Below are positions 51,820 to 61,847 of a stretch of DNA of 64,000 nucleotides, one piece after another; position 1 is the stretch's first letter; each line of letters opens with the position of its first letter. The notes under the pieces are model-generated. The model was not told the DNA's origin. It worked only from the letters and a program-made list of their open reading frames with translations, and searched no databases. A program made the translations under genes and the position numbers. Source of the DNA: Spirochaetia bacterium (GTDB lineage Bacteria > Spirochaetota > Spirochaetia > CADAEX01); NCBI GenBank assembly GCA_963662265.2, contig CAXXHA010000003.1, forward strand, positions 61,942 through 125,941, read 5' to 3'.

Positions 51820-51919
51820 TGCATATTCAGTTTTATGACCACTGCTGTATTTCTATGAAATTTTCTTTGGGTTTTTCCAATATTTGACCTGAACCTTTCT
51901 ATTACGTACAATTTATTAT

Positions 51920-52168
51920 ATGAAAGATAAATTATCTTCATATGCTTTATTCCTGATTATTGCAGTCGCGGCAGTAATATCAAGTAAAAGTCCGGTTTTT
52001 ATTATTATGGCTATTTTTGCCGAAATAATATACAGCAGGATGCAGGATTTATGTACTTACTGTATTCTTTCAAAAGAAATATGCACAGTTGATGCTGAGT
52101 TTAAAGATACTGGCGGGTATAAATACTGTGAAGAACAGAGAGCTCTGGAAATCCTGGCAGGATGGTAA
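51920..52168 (+). CDS. Small Cys-containing membrane protein
   Basis: 82 aa with a hydrophobic N-half and CTYC...C...C; TTGACC-N17-TACAAT ends 7 nt before the ATG. Confidence 0.45.
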   Translation: MKDKLSSYALFLIIAVAAVISSKSPVFIIMAIFAEIIYSRMQDLCTYCILSKEICTVDAEFKDTGGYKYCEEQRALEILAGW

Positions 52169-52169
52169 G

Positions 52170-54081
52170 ATGTACATGCAGACGGTTCGAGGTAAACTTT
52201 TTTTACTCACAATATTCTTTCTTTTTCTTATTATCCTTTTAGCAGTGTTTTTTTATTCAGGCCTTAGAAAAAAGCTTGTTGAAAATGCTGAAACTGTGAT
52301 GCGGATAAAAACAATAACAACAGCAGAGGTGATTGAAAAGAGAAATCTGGAAGCTGTGACAATTGCGCAAATTATGGCAATTACCCAGAAAAACGGAATG
52401 TTCGGACAGAGGGAGAATTCTGTAAATTATTCAAAAGAAATACTTTCAAGCTATCCTGAAATAACCGGAGCATATTTCGGGTATGAGCCGGATTCTGATG
52501 GAAAAGACAGCCTTTTCAGCAGCAATTATTCCAGATACAGTAATTACATCAATAAAACAGGAAGATTCCTCCCGTACTGGTACCGGGATAAGGAAAGAAT
52601 TAAGCTTACTCCTCTTATTGATATGGAAACAAGTCTCTACTATGAGGAATGCAGAAAAAGGTTTTTGGAAAGCGGGAAAGAAGAACATATAATTACCGAG
52701 CCCTATTTTTACCAGGGAAAGATGATAGTGGAGCAGACATATCCGATTATAATTGAAAATGAATTCAAGGGTATTGCCGGCGTGGACAGAGCGCTTAACA
52801 ACCTTTTTCATTATAAGGATTTTGAGATCCCGTATAAAAGTTCCGGTTTTATACTGATCAGTTCAAGGGGCAATATTCTTTTCTCCGATGTAAACCTGAG
52901 CAGTGAAGGAAATTTCAGAAAAGCCATGCAGACGCGTTATAAGCAGGATAAACCGGAACTTGACAGCAAAATGCTGACCTTCCATATTTCAGAGACTGAC
53001 AGTCACATTATTCTTAAGAAATTCCATGAAATGGATACCCGGTATCTCGGTCCTCTTAAAATACCGGATCCTGTTTCAAACAGCAAGCGTTATTTCTATT
53101 ATGCTGCTGCTAAAATACCTACAGGCAACTGGACAGTAGTAATGAGGGCTTCTGAATATGAAATTCTTCATCCTGTATATAGATCACTGTACATGATATC
53201 TGCTTTTTCAATATTTTTTGTGCTTGTTATAAATTTCATGGCTTTCAGAATAGGACGCCAGATTACAGATCCCATAGACACTATTATTAAAAACGCATCT
53301 GAATTCGAGAAAGGTAATTATGATTTTAAGGAAACAAGCAGCGCTGTAGTTGAGCTGGACCTTATGGTAAGGAGTTTTTACAGGACTGCCGAACAAAGGC
53401 GGATAGCGGAAAAAAAGCTTGCTGATACAAGAGACAACCTTCAGAAAACTGTAAACAGGCAATATGATCTGCTTAAGGAAAGCGAGGACAGGTACAGAAA
53501 ACTCTTTGATAATGCAAACGATGCTATTCTTGTTATCAAGGATGGCAAGTATACTGAATGCAACAGAAAAACCCTTTCCATGTTTGACTGCGGCAGAAGC
53601 GATATAATTGGAAAAATGCCTGGTGACCTTTCACCTGAAATACAGCCTGACGGCAGTAAATCTGCCGAAAAAGCGGAAAGACTGATCAATGAAACAATCG
53701 AAGGTAAATCACAGTTCTTCGAATGGCAGCATAAGAAAACAGACGGTTCTGTTTTTGATACAGACATATCTCTTTATCGTATAAAGTCAGAAAATAATTT
53801 TTACGTGATAACAATGATACGTGATATTTCGAAAAGAAAAGCGGCTGAGACTGAACGTGATGCTACAATTGACGAGCTGACAGATGCTCTTGAAAATATA
53901 AAAACACTCAGCGGGCTTGTGCCGATTTGCTCCCACTGCAAGAAAATAAGGGATGATGAGGGATACTGGAACAGGAATTGAACAGTATATTGAAGAGCAT
54001 ACTGATGCTTCATTTACACACGGGCTGTGCCCCGACTGCTTTGCAAAATACTATGGTAATTTAAAGGATGAAGAGGATTAA
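52170..54081 (+). CDS. Cache-HAMP-PAS sensor ending in the CxxCKKIR...HxxCPxC motif (probable indel near 53975)
   Basis: TM, Cache-like region (GRFLPYWYR, TEPYFY, PII...FKGIAGVD), TM, HAMP, PAS (YRKLFDNANDAI...RDISKRK), then VPICSHCKKIRDDEGYW / IEQYIEEHTDASFTHGLCPDC. Confidence 0.85.
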
Positions 54082-54111
54082 AAACCGTAAGGATTATCAG
54101 CCTTAATATTA

Positions 54112-55151
54112 TCAGCCCTTCCGGAAATATAAATTTACCAGAGAATCTGCCTGTGAAAGAAAAAGGGAATGTGAATACTTATCAAGGGGATCATCCCTGA
54201 CTATATCGCTTATTTCATCTCTTATCCTTATTACTTCTGAAGCAAGTTCCCCGCTTATGGCAGAGCTGTTTATGAAGCTTTCTCTGAAATAATTTTTAAA
54301 TTCAGTCATAACTTCAGGAATTGAAAGTATCCTTTTTATAAGGTAATTGTACTCAAGGTTGTAAGTTTCAGAGCTGTTTCTCAGTGATTTGTCATTGTCC
54401 CATGGAAGAAAAGAGAATTTCGGCCCGAAAAGTATGAAATGATTTTTTGTATCTGTATCTCCAATTTCCAGAAAATACTGAACTGAAATATATTTAACAA
54501 CCTTGTCTATATCAGCATTGTTTAAAAACCATTCTTTCCATTCTTCATCTGATGAGTTGTTCAGAATTCCAAGAAAGTTTATCAATGTTGAGTAGTTATC
54601 ATTATCAGGTATCTTTTTTTCAGTTTCTCCGTATATCGGGTAATTATGACTGCCGAAATTCATATTTATCTTATAAAGCTCCGGTGAAGATACACCTGTA
54701 TTGTTTTTATTGTACATTTTTATCCTGCTGTAGTACCCGAGGAATGAACTGTTTATATAAAGTGCTGTGCTGTCAATCAAAGGTGCTGATAAACCGGTAA
54801 GCCTGTAGAGATACATTGAAACTCTGTTTTCTCATATGGGATTCATCACGGTATGTGGAATTCATTGCATACTTGTAGTTTTCATTCAGCTGAATTGTAA
54901 ATGATTTCTTTGGATCTTCTCTTGTATGATCTCCCCTGACTTTTATTTCTGCATCAGAATATTTTTCTCTGTCACGGTAGAAACAGTCTGTATATTCCCT
55001 TGTATATACACTGTCCTGCAGTTTTTTCCAGGTCATAGCTTTTTACAGAAATTTTAACAGTATCTACCCCTGGATATTCTGTTTCTTTGTTGTCGTCAAC
55101 AAACAGCTGGCATGAGGAAAACAGAATTATAAAAGGTATTAAATATTTCAA
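54112..55151 (-). CDS. CotH kinase-family lipoprotein (split by probable indels)
   Basis: TTG start with MKYLIPFIILFSSC lipobox; KVRGDHTREDPKKSFTIQL, Y.DESHMR and DTKNHF...FLPWDNDKS. Confidence 0.75.
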
Positions 55152-56146
55152 CTCTTAAAAAGCATCCTTATTGTAAAGAAAAAATCATCATTTTCTGTGA
55201 TATATGTTTTATTTGAATTTTCATTCAGATAGCTGAAATCATAAAAAAATGCTGCATACTTATTAAGTATTACCTTATTGCTGAGTGTGAAAAAATTAAG
55301 ATTTACTTCAGGCTTTTCTATATCAATGAAAATAACAGCATATTTAAAAGTTGTGACAAGAGGAAGCGGTGTTATCCTGTAGAGGTCAATACCGGCATAT
55401 ATTTCATTGAGCCAGTACCAGGTGGATGTATCACCCCATGCAACAGGATTTGCAACAAGAGATATTGAATTTCTCAATACAGTTGAGAAGCTTGTTTCAA
55501 TACCATAATTAATTATTCCGGAATCATCAGATAAAAACAAGTTGTTGCAGTAAGCCGGTTTATATTCCTCATCAATAGCTGTACCATCTGCAACAAAAAT
55601 TGCTGAACCGGAGTATCCGAGAAAACTGTTTTCTCCATTGAAGTGATTTGTAATTCCCATAATCGAAATGGAGAAACAGATTGTCATGAGTTTTCCTGTA
55701 TTGTGAAGAAGTAGGAGTATTGAGAACCAAGGAAATCAAAATCATTTTCCGAAAACCTGTATTCCGAAACTTCTCTTGGAATAACCGGTACTTTCTGTTA
55801 TTTCCTTTACTGCAGTATCATTTGCGAAAAATGAATCTTTTTTCTTTTTCTGCTGTTCCAGCGTGATATCGCTTTTAAAAATTCCTGTTTTCATCCCGAA
55901 ATAACTGTTTCTGACAAGTTTGTAATATATATTTTTGCCTGAAACATTTTTTTCATCTACTTCCAGATCAATGATTATTTTGGAGTTTTTATTGAAAAGA
56001 TATTCACCCGAGATTTCCGCAACAGTTTCAACTGCATTGTTATCAGTTTTCTGTATATCAATTTCACCCTCAAATTTAATATCTTCTGAATAAATGCAGC
56101 AGCATATAAGTGTAAATAAAGTAAGTAATAATAAAAGTTTTTTCAT
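55148..56146 (-). CDS. Putative outer-membrane porin-like beta-barrel (split)
   Basis: Signal peptide; beta-strand periodicity; GIFKSDITLEQ...F...GYSKRSFGIQVFG resembles the OprO/OprP porin N-terminal motif; frame break at about 55690-55745. Confidence 0.5.
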
Positions 56147-56681
56147 ATCATGTTTTCGTTTAATATTTATATTTATGCCGGATATTCATACTAGGATATA
56201 AATACTTTTTTATCAATAAACCGTTACATATATTTCCTTGTAAATTGAATCGAAAGTGCCGGTTTTAACGGATAGATATGGATATGAAATATTATTTACA
56301 TGATAAGTATTCATATATACAAGCAGCTGTTTTATCTGTCAATTATTTGAAAAGTATCGATACAGATTATCGCACTGTTTTTTCTGTCTGTCTGGAATTT
56401 TGAAAAAGAAAAACAGATAATAATTTCTTTACCTCCTGATAAAATCTGTTACAATTATTATATGGCAAAATGTATTAAAGTATTTTTCATATATAACCAT
56501 CTCCGGAGCATTTTATGCAGTTTATACTGATGATTCCTGATATTTCAGTCTGCTTCACATCTTCAAATGCTATTCTCCCTGAAAAAAAAGGTTCCGTGAT
56601 TCTGCTCAGTTTTTCATATTTAAGGTGTAAACAATGAAATAGTTGTACCGGACTTGCAATTGAGAATTCAGGAGTTTATAA

Positions 56682-58976
56682 ATGGAATTTAAGACAGTCG
56701 GTAAAGGGAAAAAAGAAAAGATGCAGTAGCCAAGGTCACAGGAAAGGCAAAATACACTGCAGATCTTGATATGAGGGGGATGCTCCATGGAAAAATATTC
56801 AGGAGTACAATAGCACATGGACGTGTTGTCAGTCTTGATACTTCTGAAGCAGAGGCAATGGAAGGAGTTGTTAAAGTCATAAGACCGGAAGATGTGGAAG
56901 GGTATGTCTTTCCCACATCAGGCCATCCTTTCAGCATGGACCCGGCACAGAGGGATATTGCAGACCGCCCCCTTCTTACAAGCAGGGTGAGACTCCATGG
57001 TGATGAAATTGCCGCTGTAATTGCTGAAGATGAAATAACTGCTGAAAAAGCTGTAAAAAAAATAAAGGCCGAGTATGAGGAATTACCGTTCTATCTTGAT
57101 CCTGAAAAAGCCATGGAAGATGGTGCTGTGGAAATCCATGAAGGTGTTAAAAACAACATTGTGGGGCACAACAAGATTGTTTCCGGGTATTCGGATATTG
57201 ATGATGCTTTCAGTAAATCTGATCATGTTTTTGAAGAGGTTTTCGAAACACCCCCTGTCCAGCACTGCCAGATGGAAAACCAGGTAACCTATGCCTATAT
57301 TGACGGCAATGATAAGATAATTGTTGTTACATCAACCCAGATTCCCATATTGTAAGGAGAATCCTCGCAAATCTCTACAAGGTTCCATACGGAAAAGTCC
57401 GTGTCATAAAACCTGTTGTCGGGGGCGGTTTCGGCAACAAGCAGGACCTGGTCCTTGAACCTCTTGCAGTTTTTCTGACTATGGCGGCAGGGGGGCGTCC
57501 TGTTATGCTCAACCTTACCCGCGAGGAATGTATCGCCTGCACAAGAACCCGCCACGGCATGCGCCACTACATTAAAACTGGTGTCAGGAAGGACGGTCGT
57601 ATTATTGCACGGCAGCTCCGGTCCTACGGTACAAGCGGGGCCTATGCTTCTCACGGACATTCAATTGTAGGGTAAACAGGGCTCCAATTTTTCAAGGACA
57701 TATTCGGCAGAGCTTGCATACTCTTTTGAGGGATTTACTGTCTATACAAATATGTCAACAGCAGGCGCAATGAGGGCTTACGGAATTCCCCAGATTACCT
57801 TTGCTGTTGAATCGCATCATAACAATATTGCAAGATCTCTTTCCATGGATCCTGTTGCTTTCAGGGGAAATGAACCTGATTAAAGAGGGTGCGGTAGATC
57901 CTCTCGGACATGTCAGCCTTAAAAGTTACGGGCTGAAGGAATGTCTGAAAAAAGGAAAGGAATATATTCACTGGGACGAGAAAAGGGAAACTTTACAGAA
58001 ACCAGACAGGTTATATAAGACGCGGTGTCGGGATCGCCTGTTTCAGTTATGCGACCGGTGTATGGCCTCACCTCCTTGAAATAAGCGGCGCCCGTATTGT
58101 TGTAAACCAGGATGGTTCTGTCCATCTGCAGGTCGGGGCCACTGAAATAGGCCAGGGATCAGATACAGTTTTCTGCCAGATTGCGGCAGAGGCAATTGGC
58201 ATTCCCTATGATATGGTTGATATAGAACCTTTCACAGATACCGACACAAGTCCTTTCGATACAGGCGCGTATGCTTCAAGGCAGTCATATGTATCGGGGC
58301 AGGCAGTTAAAAAAGCAGCCCTCGAAGTCAGGAGCAGGATTCTTGAAAGGGCGGAAAAAAGATTTGATATTCCTTCATCTGAACTGGATATTGCTGAGGG
58401 AAATATTGTAAGAATAAAAGACTCATCTGTGCTGATTCCTCTCGGCGATTTAACACTCGCATCCTATTATGAAAAGGAATCTGCTTCCCCGATAACCAGC
58501 GATATCTCTAACAGGATTAATGCAAATCCCTTTCCTTCGGTGTGACAGCAGCCGAGATTGAGGTTGATTTGAAAACCGGAAAAGTCAAGGTCCTGGATAT
58601 CTGCAATATTCATGATTCAGGTAAAATACTTAACAGGGTGACAGCCGAGGGGCAGGTCCATGGCGGCATGAGCATGAGTCTCGGATATGCCCTTACCGAG
58701 ATAATGCTGTATGATCCTGATACTGGTAAACATCTCAACAATAACCTGCTTGACTACAAGCTTCCCACAATCATGGATACTCCTGAACTGAAAGCAGATT
58801 TCGTGGAAACCTATGAAGAGACAGCTCCCTACGGGAATAAAGCGCTTGGCGAACCTCCTACAGTCTCTCCAGCAGCTGCAATACGCAATGCCCTGCTTCA
58901 TGCAACCGGTGTTGCTGTAAACTCTCTTCCCATGAATCCCCAGAACCTTTTTGAGTTTTCAGAAAAGAGGGATTGA
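56682..58976 (+). CDS. xdhA: Xanthine dehydrogenase-family molybdenum subunit (multiple probable indels)
   Basis: DAVAKVTGKAKY, VQHCQMEN, STQIPH, VGGGFGNKQ, AMRAYGIPQ, TEIGQG, GAYASRQ, EGQVHGG and GNKALGEPP across frames; RBS CAGGAG. Confidence 0.88.
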
Positions 58977-59040
58977 ATTAAAGAATTTCTGCTGCCTGAA
59001 GTTTAATGAACATATTTGATAACAAAAGGAGTTATTTGCC

Positions 59041-59908
59041 ATGTATGATATAGATAAATATAAGGAAGCATACTCGCTTGATGAAGCAAAAGATTACCTT
59101 AGGGAGAATCCTGATGCTGTTGTTATTGCAGGGGGAACAGATATTCTTATAAGACTTCATAAGGGCAAGATGAAGGATGCCCATCTTCTCGGTATCGGTA
59201 GAATTGAAGAGCTTAAAGGTATCAGTAAAGATGATTCTGGAAACATTGATATCGGACCTCTTTCAACCTATACAGTGCTTGAGAATGATAGTGTCGTGCT
59301 TGATAATATCCCGGCCCTTGCAGTTGCTGCCGGCTGTGTAGGCGGTCCCCAGATAAGGAATACTGCAACACTCGGGGGAAACCTCTGCAACGGCGCAACT
59401 TCGGCAGACAGCGCGCCTGTCCTCATGTGCCTGAATGCCTCACTGACTCTTGATTCATCTGAAGGAAAAAGGACAGTCCCAATACACGATTTTTATCTCG
59501 GGCCGGGCAAGGTATTTCTTAAGCCGGGAGGAGATACTCAGCAGAATAAGTATAAATAAAGCAGATTACAGCGGCTATAAAGGAACATTCAAGAAATTTA
59601 GCCAGAGAGAGGCAATGGATATCTCTACACTGAACTGCGCGGTTTTTGTGAAAATTGAAGATAACATATTTTCCGATATCCGTATCGCATTCGGTGTTGC
59701 TGCGCCGACACCTGTAAGGTGCACCAGCGCCGAAGAAACAGGAAAGGGGCTTGAAGTGACAAGGGAAAATATTGGCAGAATAGGGAAGGCTTTACTCGAT
59801 GATATCAGGCCGCGTGATTCCTGGAGAGGAACAAAGGCATTTCGCAGGCAGCTGGCAGAGGTTCTTGCTGTGAGGAATTTATGCATGCTTACAGGACTGG
59901 AGGAGTAG
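59041..59908 (+). CDS. xdhB: Xanthine dehydrogenase FAD subunit (split)
   Basis: IAGGTD, VGGPQIRNTATLGGNLCNGATSAD, RIAFGVAAPTP and PRDSWR. Confidence 0.9.
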
Positions 59909-59912
59909 AAAA

Positions 59913-60373
59913 GTGACAAAGACAATAACACTGAAAGTAAACGGCAGGGAAAAGACAGTTGATGCTGATATCAGGCTTTCTCTTCTTGAACTTCTCCGTG
60001 ACACATTCAATCTCACATCTGTAAAACAGGGATGCGGAGAAGGAGAATGCGGTGCATGCACTGTAATTGTTGATGATATTACTGTTGATTCATGTGTATA
60101 TCTTGCTGTCTGGGCTGACGGTAAATCAGTAAGGACAGCAGAGAGTCTTTCTGACGGTGAAAAGCTCTCAGTAATGCAGGAGATGTTGTTGACGAGGGGG
60201 CTGTCCAGTGCGGTTTCTGTACCCCTGGCATCCTGATGTCTGCAACACTGATGAAGGAAAGCGGAAAGAAATATACAAGAGATGAGATAAAAAGATCTCT
60301 GGCCGGCCACCTTTGCAGGTGCACCGGTTATCAGAAAATAGTTGATGCTGTTGATAAAGGGCTTCGAAAATAA
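59913..60373 (+). CDS. xdhC: Xanthine dehydrogenase 2Fe-2S subunit (split)
   Basis: [12 protein letters not shown]...DSC, then QCGFCTPG and GHLCRCTGY in the shifted frame. Confidence 0.92.
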
Positions 60374-60389
60374 AATTACCGGGGGGTAT

Positions 60390-61718
60390 ATGATTAAACT
60401 TATAGGAAACGGAAACCTGATTACAAGAAACATTGACAGGAAGTTTATAAAAAACGGCGCTGTTGCAGTTGAAGATGATCTGATAATTGATTACGGAACA
60501 ACAGAGGATATGAAATCAAAATATCAGGATCATGCCTTTACAGATGCACACGACGGCCTTATCATGCCCGGACTTATTAATGCACACGGCCATATCTACA
60601 GCGCCTTTGCCCGCGGCATGATACTGTCGGACGGGAAGGAATCGAGTAACTTCGGGGAAATACTTGAAAACCTCTGGTGGAGGGTGGACAGGAGCCTTTC
60701 CCTCGAAGATATCAGGTACAGCGCGTATGCAGTTTACCTTGATTCCATAAAAAACGGTGTAACAACGTATTTTGACCATCATGCAAGCGGTGGAAATCCT
60801 CAAGACAGCCTTTTTACAATAGCTGATGTTGCAGCGGAGCTGGGAGTAAGGACATCTCTATGCTACGAAGTTTCAGACAGGGACGGGGAAGAGGTTGCCT
60901 CAAGGGGAATCAGGGAAAATTCTGATTTTATAAAACACTGCAGCAGGGAAAACAGCAGCATGATAAAGGGGATGTTCGGTCTTCATGCATCATTTACACT
61001 TTCGCAGAGTACGCTTGAAAAATGCTCTGAAGCAGGAAGAGATGCAGGTTTCCATGTACATGTTGCAGAGGGAATTGAAGACCTGAGGCACAGCCTCAGT
61101 ACTTACAACAAGAGGGTCGTTGAAAGATTAAGTGATGCTCGGATACTCGGAGACAGGTCAATAGCTGTCCACTGCATTCATGTAAATGACATGGAGATGG
61201 AAATCCTTAAAAACTCCGGTACTTTTGTTGTTAACAACCCTGAATCCAATATGGGGAATGCCGTGGGTTACGCGCCTCTTATTCAGCAGATGAAAAAAGG
61301 TATTACAGTCGGACTCGGCACTGACGGCTATACAACAGATATGTTTGAATCTCTGAAAGTCGCAAATATTCTCAGTAAGCATCACCTGTGTGATCCGAGG
61401 GTTGCGTGGGGAGAAGCTCCACAGACACTGTTTATCAACAACAGGAAAATTGCAGAGAAATTTTTCAGCGGCAGGATAGGAATAATTGAGAAGGGCGCTT
61501 TTGCAGATATTGTTGTTGCCGACTATAATCCCCATACATCAATCAATGAAAACAATATAGACTCGCACCTTCTTTTCGGTGTAATGGGCAGGAATGTTGT
61601 CTCAACAATGGTTAACGGTGAGTTTCTCATGAAGGACAGGGAAATACTGTGCGCTGATGATGAGAAAATACATGAAAAAGCAAGGGAAGTGTGCGACCGG
61701 TTCTGGAAACGGGTTTAG
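60390..61718 (+). CDS. ssnA: Amidohydrolase SsnA
   Basis: PGLINAHGHIYSAFARG, LENLWWRVD, DHHAS, FGLHASFT, HVHVAEG, NPESNMGNAVG and LGTDG; lies between xdh and ygfK. Confidence 0.9.
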   Translation: MIKLIGNGNLITRNIDRKFIKNGAVAVEDDLIIDYGTTEDMKSKYQDHAFTDAHDGLIMPGLINAHGHIYSAFARGMILSDGKESSNFGEILENLWWRVDRSLSLEDIRYSAYAVYLDSIKNGVTTYFDHHASGGNPQDSLFTIADVAAELGVRTSLCYEVSDRDGEEVASRGIRENSDFIKHCSRENSSMIKGMFGLHASFTLSQSTLEKCSEAGRDAGFHVHVAEGIEDLRHSLSTYNKRVVERLSDARILGDRSIAVHCIHVNDMEMEILKNSGTFVVNNPESNMGNAVGYAPLIQQMKKGITVGLGTDGYTTDMFESLKVANILSKHHLCDPRVAWGEAPQTLFINNRKIAEKFFSGRIGIIEKGAFADIVVADYNPHTSINENNIDSHLLFGVMGRNVVSTMVNGEFLMKDREILCADDEKIHEKAREVCDRFWKRV

Positions 61719-61847
61719 CAGCCCGCGCGAGCTGTACTCGAAGATAGCCGGTAAGTAACGCTAACCGGGTCCGGAGAGTACTGGCGGAAAACGCAGCCTT
61801 AAGAGCTGCAGAAAGCAGCAATATTTGAGATTTTCAAGGAGTATAAT

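Noticed and set aside
58535-58560. Selenocysteine UGA readthrough in xdhA
   Set aside because: The TGA is out of frame with the conserved SFGVTAAEIEVD reading; a one-base indel in the preceding T run explains it.
61719-61847. Moco or purine riboswitch
   Set aside because: The hallmark conserved segments of those families are not recognisable; kept only as an unassigned structure.
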